A model generated the notes under the pieces. That model saw only the letters and a list, made by a program, of their open reading frames with translations, searched no databases and was not told the origin of the DNA. From contig JBGAGQ010000002.1 of the NCBI GenBank assembly GCA_044226625.1, positions 32,001 through 96,000 of the forward strand: a stretch of DNA of 64,000 bases, written 5' to 3'. A program made the position numbers and the translations under genes. This DNA is from Thermoanaerobaculia bacterium. Its GTDB lineage: Bacteria; Acidobacteriota; Thermoanaerobaculia; Multivoradales; UBA5704. This document shows, piece by piece, positions 1 to 11,140 of the stretch (its first letter is position 1; the number at the start of each line of letters is the position of its first letter).

Positions 1-465
1 CTGAATCTGGTTCTCGATCAGTCGCGTCATCGGCGCAAGGAAGTAGACGACCACGGCGGTTATTGCCGCGGCACGACGAGCCAGATCTTGATGGGAAAGA
101 TCGAGCTCAAGCTGCGCCACATTCTGGATATCTTGGAGGTCTGCGAAGTCGAGCCCCGCGTCTTCTTTCGCGCGGTGACGGCCGACTTCGATCATTCGGT
201 GGCGGGGCTTCCCCCGCTGGAGGAGCAGATCCGAGAGGCCGCGCGAAGCTACGGCCTCGATCCGAAAACGGCGATCGCTGAGGCGGATCGCCGCTTAGGG
301 ACAGGGACGGGTACGGAAATTCCGATCGAGGATCTGGTCGCCATGGTGAGCCGCCACGTCGCTCTCGCGCTCGAAGACAAGCGGGTCGAAGAGGAGAAAG
401 GGCGCAAGGCATCGAAACGCTCCGCCACGAAACGTGCGCCGATGGCCCGCAAAGCGGGGAAGTAG
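1..465 (+). CDS. Helix-turn-helix (XRE-like) transcriptional regulator, 5'-truncated by window edge
   Basis: Frame 1 is open from base 1 (LNLVLDQSRHRRKEVDDHGGYCRGTTSQILMGKIELKLRHILDILEVCEVEP...). The 'SQIL.GKIELKLRHILDIL' segment resembles the end of an XRE-type HTH. Basic C-terminal tail; stop TAG at 463-465. Confidence 0.55.
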   Translation: MNLVLDQSRHRRKEVDDHGGYCRGTTSQILMGKIELKLRHILDILEVCEVEPRVFFRAVTADFDHSVAGLPPLEEQIREAARSYGLDPKTAIAEADRRLGTGTGTEIPIEDLVAMVSRHVALALEDKRVEEEKGRKASKRSATKRAPMARKAGK

Positions 466-474
466 GATCACGCG

Positions 475-951
475 ATGTCTACGGCACCTCCGGCATTCGA
501 AAAGCGGCGCGTCGACGGCTTCATCGTGACGACCGATCCCGGGCGCTTCGACCTCGACGCAATCCACGGTTTTCTCTCCGGCTCCTATTGGGCGGAAGGG
601 ATTCCGCGCGAAACGGTCGCGGCTTCGATCCGTGGCTCGCTCGGCTTTGGGCTGTTCGATCCGGAGGGGCGGCAGGTGGGCTTCGCCCGGGCGATCACGG
701 ACGGGGCGACGTTCGCCTATCTGGCCGACGTCTACGTTCTCGAAGAGCTGCGCGGGCGTGGGCTCGGGACCTTTCTCATGGAGTGCGTGATGGAGCATCC
801 GTCGCTTCAAGGGCTCCGCCGATGGGCGCTCGTCACCCGGGACGCTCATGCGCTGTACCGGCGATTTGGCTTCTCGGACCTGGCGCGCCCCGAGGGGTGG
901 ATGGAGATCGCGCGGCCGGGCATTTACCGGCGCGAGGGGGGCGAGCGATGA
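475..951 (+). CDS. GNAT family N-acetyltransferase
   Basis: 158 aa; 'QVGFARAITDGATFAYLADVYVLEELRGRGLG' acetyl-CoA motif A and 'DAHALYRRFGF' motif B. Confidence 0.92.
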   Translation: MSTAPPAFEKRRVDGFIVTTDPGRFDLDAIHGFLSGSYWAEGIPRETVAASIRGSLGFGLFDPEGRQVGFARAITDGATFAYLADVYVLEELRGRGLGTFLMECVMEHPSLQGLRRWALVTRDAHALYRRFGFSDLARPEGWMEIARPGIYRREGGER

Positions 952-1556
952 GGGTCCTCGAACCGGTCGTCCTGCGCGGCCGCTCGATTCGCCTCGAGCC
1001 GCTGACTCTCGACCACGCCCCGGCACTCTTCCGGCATGCGAGCGCGGAGATCTTCGAGTGGATGATCGATTGGCCGCTCGACGAGAGCTACGAGGCGTAC
1101 CTCGAATGGGAGCGCCGGGGGCTCGAGATCCCGAGCTCGCTGCTGTTCGCGATGGTGCTCGAAGCGACCGGCGAGCCGATCGGCTCGACCGCCTTCCTGG
1201 ACGCGCGCCCGTCGAACCGGGCGATCGAGATCGGCCGCACGTGGATCGGCAAGGACCGCCAGGGCGCGAGCGCGAACCCGGAGAGCAAGCTCCTCCTGCT
1301 CACTCACGCTTTCGAGACGTACGGCGCGCTCCGGGTCCAGATGAAGACGGATTCCCGCAATCTCCATAGCCAGCGCGCGATCGCCAAGCTGGGCGCGGTC
1401 CGGGAAGGGACTCTCCGGAACTACCAGATCCGTGCCGACGACACGCCGCGCGACACGGTGATGTACTCGGTCACCGCGGCGGAATGGCCCGCGGTGAAGG
1501 CCGGGCTCGAACGGCGCGTTTCGACCCTCGCGAGAGCCGGTTCGGCCGCGGAGTAG
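948..1556 (+). CDS. GNAT N-acetyltransferase, RimJ/RimL type
   Basis: Likely start ATG 948 overlapping the upstream stop (ATGA); MRVLEPVVLRGRSIRLEPL...IEIGRTWI...NPESKLLLLTHAFE...RNLHSQRAIAKLGAVREGTLR...RDTVMYS. Confidence 0.9.
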   Translation: MRVLEPVVLRGRSIRLEPLTLDHAPALFRHASAEIFEWMIDWPLDESYEAYLEWERRGLEIPSSLLFAMVLEATGEPIGSTAFLDARPSNRAIEIGRTWIGKDRQGASANPESKLLLLTHAFETYGALRVQMKTDSRNLHSQRAIAKLGAVREGTLRNYQIRADDTPRDTVMYSVTAAEWPAVKAGLERRVSTLARAGSAAE

Positions 1557-1612
1557 TACCGCTCGAATCTCCCTCCGCCTACCGTCGTGCACCCCGGCTA
1601 GAATAGGCGCCC

Positions 1613-3303
<1,691 letters not shown>

Positions 3304-3307
<4 letters not shown>

Positions 3308-6300
3308 GGCGGTCGCCCGCGAGCGCGGTCCGTTTCGTCCTTCTCTTCGTGGGCCTCGCCGCCCCGCTCCTTCCTCCTTTCGTCGCGGCGTTGGTGCTCG
3401 GCGTTCTCGCCGCGGGGGGCCTCCTCGCTCTCCGGCCGCCGGCCCGGGAGCGGTGGATCAGTCTCGCCGCCTCCGCGCTCGCGGTCTCCGCTCTGGTCTG
3501 GCAAGGATGGATCGACCGTGGCGCCGACCTGCCGGACGAGGCGGTGCGCGCCCGGGCGTCGCGGGCGTTCGCGCGGCTGTTCGAGGACCTAGACCGGGAA
3601 GCGACGGAGGCGGTCGGATCGCTCGTGGGGGCGGACACCGACGCCCGGCGCTTCGCCGCCCTCGCCGCCCTGGCGCGTCGCGAGGCGGGGTGGCGCGGCG
3701 AGCTCGAGCGCGCCCTGGGGGGCTGGGACAAGGGGCGCCGATCGATTCTACTGCTCGATCCCGACGGACAGGCGGTCGCCTGGGCGGGGGACGGGCTGCT
3801 GCACGAGCTCGCGCCGGAGGCCTATCCGAGACGCGGACGCCGCGCGGCGGCGAGCTTCGGCTCGGCCACTCTCTTCTCGATCCTGCCGCTCGACGGCGCG
3901 TCGCGGCCTTGGCGCGTGGTGGTCGGCGCGAGCTTCCCGACAGACGAGCTGCCGTTCCACCGCTCCTGGCGAGAGCGGCGGTGGGCAGTGATCGGCGCGG
4001 ACACGTCCGTTTCGAGAGAGCGCGCCACGCCGCTCGAATTGCCGACCGGATCGCCTCACCTCGCGATGGAGCTCGCGGGCTCGAGCCACGTGCCCTCGCC
4101 GCGTCACGGGCTCTCGCCCGGCGCGCGGATCGCCTGGGGGGCGATCGGCCTTTCGATCCTGGCGCTCGCCGTGCTGCGCAGTTCGGGTCGGGCGCTGCCG
4201 AGCGCGACCGCGGCGATCGAGATCTCGCGCCGTCCGGTGGTTCCGCTCGCGCTCGGCGGCGCGCTCGCCCTGGCGGCGGCGGCGGGCGCCGACCGCACGG
4301 CGATCGCGCTCCTGGCCGTGGGACTGCTGGCGGCGACGCTCGGCTTGGCGCTCGGTGCGAGACGAAGTCCGCCGTCCCCGCTCGTCCTCGAGTGGAACCG
4401 TCAAGTACCCGGTCTGCCTCGATTCGTCGGGGCTCTCGCCGGAGCGGCGAGCGTCTTTCTACTCATCGTCGCGGCGCTCCTCGCGCAACGCTACGCCGGG
4501 CCGATGGAGCTCGGGACGAGCCTGCTCGGAGGCGCGAGCTCCACCTCCTGGCGCGTCGCCCTGGCGCTCGCCACGCTCGGCCTCCTCTTCGCCGCGGGTC
4601 GGCTCGCGGCGGGCGGGCCGGAGCGCCAGCGCTGGGGGTGGATCGCCTTCGCTCTCGCGCTCGCGAGCGGCGCGGCGGCGGATTCCGCGGGACTCGCCGT
4701 TCCCGGCCTCGCCGCGGCGGGGGCCGCCGCCGCGCTGTGGGCGGGACCGCGGGGCGGCGCCCGCGGCGACTCGAGAGGGGATGACGGACGGCCGCGATGG
4801 GGAGCGCTCGCGGGGCTCGTCGCCCTGTCCGCCTTGATCGCGGGCGGCGTCGGGGAGGTCGCCCATCGCGCGCGCCAGCGCGCCCAGCTCGGCGACGAGC
4901 TGCCGGCCCGCCTCGCACCGCCACGTCCCGCGGAGATCTCGGCGCTCCGGCGCCGGATCGAGGAAGAATTGCGCTCGGCCGACCTCGATCGTCTCGCCCT
5001 CTCCGGCCCCTCGCGTCTCGAACGGGAAGATCTCGCCTTCGCGCTCTGGCGCAGTTCGCCGCTCGCGCGGCGCGGCGCTCTTTCAGCCCTCTCGATCGAG
5101 CCGCTCGACCGCTCGCCCAGGTCGGTCTTCGCGTTCGGTCTGCCCCTCGACGGGGATCAGCGCCTCGATCGGTCGAGCGAACGGTGGCGCTCGCTCGATC
5201 TTCCACCCTGGCGAGAGAGCCTGATCGAAGGAGAGGTGAAACTCTCCTGGGGGGGGACGCGCTGGGCCCGGGCGCGCTATACGTTCCTGCCGCGCCCCGG
5301 CTTCGAGCGAGCCGACGAACGGCCGCTCGGAGAGATCGACGCCGGCTTGCTGCGCGGCGGCCCCGCCGCGGCGACGGTCGCCCACCTTCCCGCGCCGGTC
5401 GAGTTCGCTCTCTACGACGCGAGCGGCAAGGCGCTGGTTTCTCCCTGGGATTCCTCGCCTCCTCTGCCCGTTCCGTTGCGCGCCGCCCACGAGACGCTCG
5501 CGCCGCGCGTCGCGACGCCCCGCGGCCCCGCGCTCGGTTTGGTCCGACCGGCGGACGGCCGGGCCGGCGGTTGGTCGGTCCTCTATCTTCCCCGGCTCGG
5601 CCCGGCGGCGGCGCTCGAACGGGTGGGCAACGCCGCAGTCGGCGTGCTGCTCCTTTTCGCGGGCGCGGGGTTGATCGCCCTCGTCGTAGTCCTGCCGCGT
5701 GCCGCGGTGCGGGAGCTCCTGGCGCGCACGGTGCGGTCGTATTCGCGCCGGCTGCTTCTGGTTTACGGCGTCCTCCTGCTCCTGCCCCTCGTTCTGTTGA
5801 ACGCCGTGCTCGTGCAGGGGGTCGAGCGGCGCCTCGCCGAGCAGCAACGGGCGGCAGGAGAAGCCGCGCTAGCGTCGGCCCAAAGCCTCCTCGCCGAGGT
5901 GCTCGCCTCGCTCGCGACCGGCTTTTCGGTCGAGACGACGCTCGACGACCGCCAGCTCGGCCGCATCGCGGGCCTGGTCCATCACGAGGTGAACCTCTAT
6001 TGGGTGGCCAAGGTTTACGCCTCGAGCAAGCATGAGCTGTTCACGGCCGGCCTCTTGCCGGAGCGCATCCCGGGCGACATCTACGCCGCGCTCGCGCTCG
6101 GCGGGGACGGGGTTTCGTCGCGCGTCAACCGAGCGTCGGGCAGCGCCCAATACCTGGAGATCTACGCCCCGGTCCGGCCGCCCGGCGGCACGGCGGCGGC
6201 TGCGCCGCGTCTCTTCCTCTCCGCGCCGCTGCTGGCCCAGCAGGAAGAGGCCGCGGCAGAGGTCGAACGGCTGCGGCGACGCGCGCTGCTGGTCACCGCG

Positions 6301-7626
6301 GCGCTGATCGGCCTGATGATCGCCGTCGGCTCCCGCCTAGCTCAAAGTTTCACCCACCCGATTCGCGAGCTGGTAGCCGGCACCGCGCGCATCGCGGCCG
6401 GGGCGCCCACGCTCGGTTACGCCCCGGCGGAGCTTGAGCTCGCGGCGCTCGCTCGGGCGATCGACGAGATGGCGCGCCGGATCGCCGAAGCGCGCGAAGG
6501 CCTCGTGCGGGAAAAACAGGTGGTCGAGCGGATGATCGAAAACATCACCTCGGGCGTGGTGTCCCTCGACTCGGCGGGACGGGTCTTGCTGCACAACCGG
6601 GTGGCGGCGGACCTTCTGGGCGTCGCCGTGGGGGAGCGGCTCGAGCGCTCGCTCCGCGCCGAACGGCTGGCGCCGGTGCGCGCGTTCCTACGCGAGACCC
6701 GGGTGGGCGAGGCGGCGCGGCGGACGATCCGGTTGGCGCCTCCGCCGGCCGCGCCTTCGCCCGTTGGGGCCGACGAGCGGACGCCGCGCGATCCGTCGTC
6801 CGCCGGCACCGCCGACGCGACAGGCGAGCGCGAATGGACGATCCTTCGCGTTCCGGTGCCCGGCCTCGGCGAGCCGACCGAGCTGCTCGTCGTGGAGGAC
6901 GCGACCGAGGAGCTGCGTGCCCAGCGACTGCTCGCCTGGGCCGAGATGGCCCGAATCATCGCCCACGAGATCAAGAACCCGCTGACGCCGATCCGCCTTT
7001 CGACCGAGCACCTGCGCGAGGTCTGGCGCCGCGATCCCGACCATTTCGAGCCGGTGTTCGAGCGCTGCACCACGAACATCCTCGCCCAGGTGGACGAGCT
7101 GCGGCAGATCGCCCTGGAGTTTTCGACCTACAGCTCGATCCCGCGCATCGATCCGTCGCCGGCCGACCTCGTCGCCGCGATGGGGGAGCTGATCGAGGGG
7201 TACCGAGCGGCGCCGCCGCCAGGGGTCGAGGTGGTGTTCGATCCGCGCGTTCCGAGCCTACCTGCGCGCGTCGACTCGCGGCTGCTCGGTCGGGCGGTGC
7301 GCAACCTGATCGAGAACGCGATCCGCGCCTCGGCGGGAGGGGGGAAGGTGACGCTGCGGCTCGAGGCCGAGAGCTCGCGGACGGGGCCGCAAGCGAAGAT
7401 CGCCGTGCTGGACGAAGGGTCGGGGGTGGAACCGGATCTTCTGCCGCGGATCTTCGATCCGTATTTCTCCACCCACGACACCGGCACCGGGCTCGGTTTG
7501 CCGATCGCCCGCCGGATCGCCGAGGAGCACGGCGGCGAGATCGCGGCGCGGAACCGCCACGATCCTTCCGGCAATCGGTGTGGCCTCGAGGTCGTGATCA
7601 CCCTTCCCGCGTCGACTGCGGACTGA
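3304..7626 (+). CDS. Large multi-TM sensor histidine kinase (NtrY-like HAMP-PAS-HisKA-HATPase C-terminus)
   Basis: Probable GTG start 3304 overlapping the hutU stop (GTGA). Many hydrophobic helices, HAMP '[16 protein letters not shown]', H-box '[17 protein letters not shown]', N-box 'NLIENA', G-boxes 'DEGSG' and 'GTGLGL', F-box 'IFDPYFST'. Confidence 0.9.
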
Positions 7627-9567
7627 TCAGGGGAGCAGATAACCCCAGGGCCCGCGCCAGAACCGCCGGATCGAGAACGGTCGGCGGTCGCGCCGGACCT
7701 CGATGCGGTGAGCGCCCGCCGGCACCTCGAGGCCGAGGAACAGCACGTCGGCGCGGAACGAGCGGGCGGGCCGCCCGTCGACGAGCACGCGCCAGCGCGA
7801 GGTGTAGAGGTCGGTGAGCACCAGCCAGCCGCCGCCCGGGCTGGTGACGTCGGCCACCAACGCGTTGGGAGCGACCTGGCGGAGGACGACGGCTCCCCCT
7901 TCCGGCCGGCGCTCTTCGCCCTTCTCCTTCGCCGTTCCGATCCGCAGCAGCGTCGACCTCGGGTCGAAGCCGGGGGCGACGAGCGCCGCCGTCTCCTCGT
8001 GGAGCGAGCCCAGCGAGATCCTTCGGCTCACCAGCACTGCGGCCGGCAGCGGTTGGGGAAGGGAGGGGGCGGCCGGGGCCGCGCGGAGTTGGAACAGCCC
8101 CGGTCCGAACGCGGGCTCGGTGAGGAGGCCCTGGCGCGCGAGCGCCGCCCGAGTCTCCTCCTTCGGGCAGTAGCAGACGAGCGGCGTGCCCCGGGCGACC
8201 AGCTCGTCGCGGGCTCCGAGGCGGAACGGCTCCCCTCCCGAGAGATGACGGCGGAGCCGATCGGTGAGGAGCGGCACCGCGAGCCCCGCCTGGGGGACCG
8301 CCGCGAGCCGCAGGGCGCCGTCTTTCCTTCGCCAGATTTGGTACTGCAACGCCATGCTGCGCGGATAGTCGAACGAGACGAGGACGGCGTTCGACGGCAC
8401 CGCGTCGACGACCGCGGCGGTCTCGCGCTCGATCGCCGGGCTCTCGCGGGGAGGAATCGCCGCGCCGAACAGAACCGGAGAGATTGCCACGGCCGCCGCC
8501 GCCAGCGGGGAGAAAGCGCGCGAGGGGATGCGCTCGAGGCTTCGGTGCAGGCCGAGCGCGAGGGTCAGCCCGATCCCGAGGTGCACCGGCAGCAGAAACA
8601 CGTCGAGGTCGGGCACGGTGTAGAACCAGGTGAACCCGAGGTTTCCCGCGAGCAGGACCGCGATCGCCAACCGGTTCCGCCGATTCCCCCGGGCGGCGAA
8701 CCCGAGCAGTGCGAGCGCCAGCAGCCAGCCCTCGTTGTGCCAGAGATTCCGGGCGGTCCACGGGAGCCTCTCGCGGACGATCGTCTCGAGCTTGGGGAGC
8801 CCGACGTTCGCGCGATGTTGCGCGCCGGAGAGTCCGTCCCAGAGCTGCGCCGCGGAGCTCGCTTGCATCTCGATCGCCGAGGTGGCGGGGGCGTAGGTGC
8901 GCCAGACGACATAAGCGAACGGGGCGAGCGCGAGGACGGCGAACAGAGGAAGCCAGACGAGGAGACGGCGCCACGGGAGTGTTCGGAAGCCCGCGAGGAG
9001 GAGCAGGGCGGGAAAGCTGCAGACGATCGTCGGATGATGCGACAGGCCGAGCGACCCGAACGCACAAGCAGCCACCAACCAGGCCACCTTTCGATCGGCG
9101 CGAAACCGCAACAGGCAGAACAGGGCGCCCGCGATCCATTGCAGATGCAGCGGGTAGACCTCCGCCTCGGAGGCCGCGTTGCGGATCGCCGGCAGCATGC
9201 CGAACGCGGTGGCCGCCGCGAAGGTGGGGAGGCGGGCGGCGCCCATCGCCTCGGCCGAGCGGGCGAGAAGCGCAACCGTCGCCGCGATCGCGAGGGCGGA
9301 GACCAGGTTCGCCGATGCCGCCCAGGAAAGGAAGGGAAGGAGGCGGGACGCGAGGTGGAGCAGCAGGACGTAGACGGGGTAGCCGGGCGCATGCGCCGTT
9401 CCGAGCGTGGCCCCGATCAGCTGGAATTTCGCGGTGTCGGCGAGCCCCACGCCCGATTCGAGGCTCGCCCCGTAGACCCCGAAGCACAGGACGCCCGCGG
9501 CGAGAGGCGCGAGCCATGGGCCGCGCGAAAAGGGCTCGCCTGGAGTCGTGGGGGAGGGGTCGGACAT
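7627..9567 (-). CDS. DUF2723/TMEM260-like membrane glycosyltransferase (GT-C type) with YfhO-like C-terminal segment
   Basis: Start at ATG 9567 (MSDPSP...). Motifs 'DTAKFQ...LGTAHAPGYPVY', 'AEVYPL', 'GLSHHPT' and multiple TM helices; C-terminus 'GGGWLVLTDLYTSRWRVLVDG...ADVLFLGLEVPAGAHRIE' is YfhO-like. Confidence 0.75.
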   Translation of the reverse strand: MSDPSPTTPGEPFSRGPWLAPLAAGVLCFGVYGASLESGVGLADTAKFQLIGATLGTAHAPGYPVYVLLLHLASRLLPFLSWAASANLVSALAIAATVALLARSAEAMGAARLPTFAAATAFGMLPAIRNAASEAEVYPLHLQWIAGALFCLLRFRADRKVAWLVAACAFGSLGLSHHPTIVCSFPALLLLAGFRTLPWRRLLVWLPLFAVLALAPFAYVVWRTYAPATSAIEMQASSAAQLWDGLSGAQHRANVGLPKLETIVRERLPWTARNLWHNEGWLLALALLGFAARGNRRNRLAIAVLLAGNLGFTWFYTVPDLDVFLLPVHLGIGLTLALGLHRSLERIPSRAFSPLAAAAVAISPVLFGAAIPPRESPAIERETAAVVDAVPSNAVLVSFDYPRSMALQYQIWRRKDGALRLAAVPQAGLAVPLLTDRLRRHLSGGEPFRLGARDELVARGTPLVCYCPKEETRAALARQGLLTEPAFGPGLFQLRAAPAAPSLPQPLPAAVLVSRRISLGSLHEETAALVAPGFDPRSTLLRIGTAKEKGEERRPEGGAVVLRQVAPNALVADVTSPGGGWLVLTDLYTSRWRVLVDGRPARSFRADVLFLGLEVPAGAHRIEVRRDRRPFSIRRFWRGPWGYLLP

Positions 9568-9664
9568 GGGGCGGGAGTGTACAGCGCCCCTGTGCTGCGA
9601 ACCGAGTCCGATGGTTCGTGGTTCGATCAGGCGATTCACGCCCTTCTGGTAAAGAATGCGGGCC

Positions 9665-10993
9665 ATGCTCTCTCGAACCCTGTCGGTCCTCTTCCCGTGG
9701 CTCCTCGTCGGCGCGATCGGCCTGCAGGCCGACGAGCCGCGGAGTCCTCGCCTCCAAGATCTTCAGAAAGCGATCGCCGCGGGTGATCCCTCGGCGCTCG
9801 CCCGGTTCTGGGCCCAAGTCGGCAAAGAGGGAACGCCTCTCGTGGAGCCCGCCGAAAGGGTTACCGGCGCAAGCTGGGAAGAGGAGCTGCTCGTCACCTA
9901 TCTCTATCGCGGTGGTGACGAGACGAGGAACGTCGTGCTCGTCGCCTCCGCCGCGGACCTCGCCACGGCCGAGGGGATCGACGCCGCCCGGCTCGAGCGG
10001 ATGGCCTTGACCGATCTCTGGTTCCTTTCGCGAAGGATGGGAAGCGATGCGCGCTTCGATTACTCCTTCTCGGTGAACGACAGCCTCGAGCCCTTGAGCC
10101 GCGCGACCCCGGAACAGGAGGAAGCGCGATTCGCCACGCTGATCCCCGATCCGTTGAACCCTCGACGGTCGGTCGATCCGCAGTCTTCCCTGGTCGAGCT
10201 GCCGAAGGCGCCGCCGCAGCCCTGGACCGAAGTCCGACCGGGAACGCCCAGGGGTGGCCTGGAGGAACGGACCCTCCGAAGCACCTGGCTCGACAACGAG
10301 CGGATCGTGCGGGTCTACACTCCTCCCGGCTACGACCCGAAGGGAGCCCCTTACCCGCTCGTGGTGTTCTTCGACGGCCGCACCTATACCGACGCGATCC
10401 CTACGCCGACGATTCTCGACAATCTCTTGGCCGCGCGGCGAATCGAGCCGCTCGTCGCGGTCTTCGTCGGAAATCCGAGCGCCGAGGCCCGTACCAACGA
10501 GCTATCCTGCAACCCTTGGTTCACGATGTTCTTACTCGACGATCTGGAACCTTTGATCCGGCAGGGCTGGAACGTCCAGATCGACCCCGCGCGCAGGGCG
10601 GTCGTCGGATCGAGTCTCGGAGGTCTGGCGGCCGCCTGCATGGCCTTCTTCTCTCCGGGCGACTTCGGGAACGTGCTCACGATGTCGGGCTCGTTTTATT
10701 GGCAGTTTCTCGGCGAAGCCGAGCCCGAAAGTCTTGTCCGCAGGGTCGCGCAAGCGGGGAAAGAGAGAGTCCGCTTCTACATCGAAGCGGGGAAGATGGA
10801 AGACCGCCCGCGGCCGAACAGCCCGAGCCTTCTCACCTCGAACCGTCATCTGCGCGACGTCCTGATCGCGAAGGGATACTCGGTCGAGTATCACGAGTTC
10901 AACGGCGGCCATTCGATCCTCAATTGGCGGGGGTCGGTCGCGAATGGGCTCGAAGCGCTGTTTCCCGCGCGCGACCGGCCGGTCACCCCCTAG
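9665..10993 (+). CDS. Secreted enterochelin-esterase (Fes)-like alpha/beta hydrolase
   Basis: N-terminal signal peptide (MLSRTLSVLFPWLLVGAIGLQA), 'DPLNPR' linker, nucleophile 'GSSLGG', catalytic His 'EFNGGH'. Alternative start at 9656. Confidence 0.85.
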   Translation: MLSRTLSVLFPWLLVGAIGLQADEPRSPRLQDLQKAIAAGDPSALARFWAQVGKEGTPLVEPAERVTGASWEEELLVTYLYRGGDETRNVVLVASAADLATAEGIDAARLERMALTDLWFLSRRMGSDARFDYSFSVNDSLEPLSRATPEQEEARFATLIPDPLNPRRSVDPQSSLVELPKAPPQPWTEVRPGTPRGGLEERTLRSTWLDNERIVRVYTPPGYDPKGAPYPLVVFFDGRTYTDAIPTPTILDNLLAARRIEPLVAVFVGNPSAEARTNELSCNPWFTMFLLDDLEPLIRQGWNVQIDPARRAVVGSSLGGLAAACMAFFSPGDFGNVLTMSGSFYWQFLGEAEPESLVRRVAQAGKERVRFYIEAGKMEDRPRPNSPSLLTSNRHLRDVLIAKGYSVEYHEFNGGHSILNWRGSVANGLEALFPARDRPVTP

Positions 10994-11140
10994 CTCCACC
11001 CCCAGCTTTCGGGGCGCACGGAAAGAAGAAGTTTCATGCGCTCCCAATCGTGCAGGCTTTGTGATCCATTTTCCCGCCGCTTCTCGCCTTGGGACTCAAT
11101 GGGGTTTCACATCGAGACCGTCTCTCGAGGGAAGGATCCA

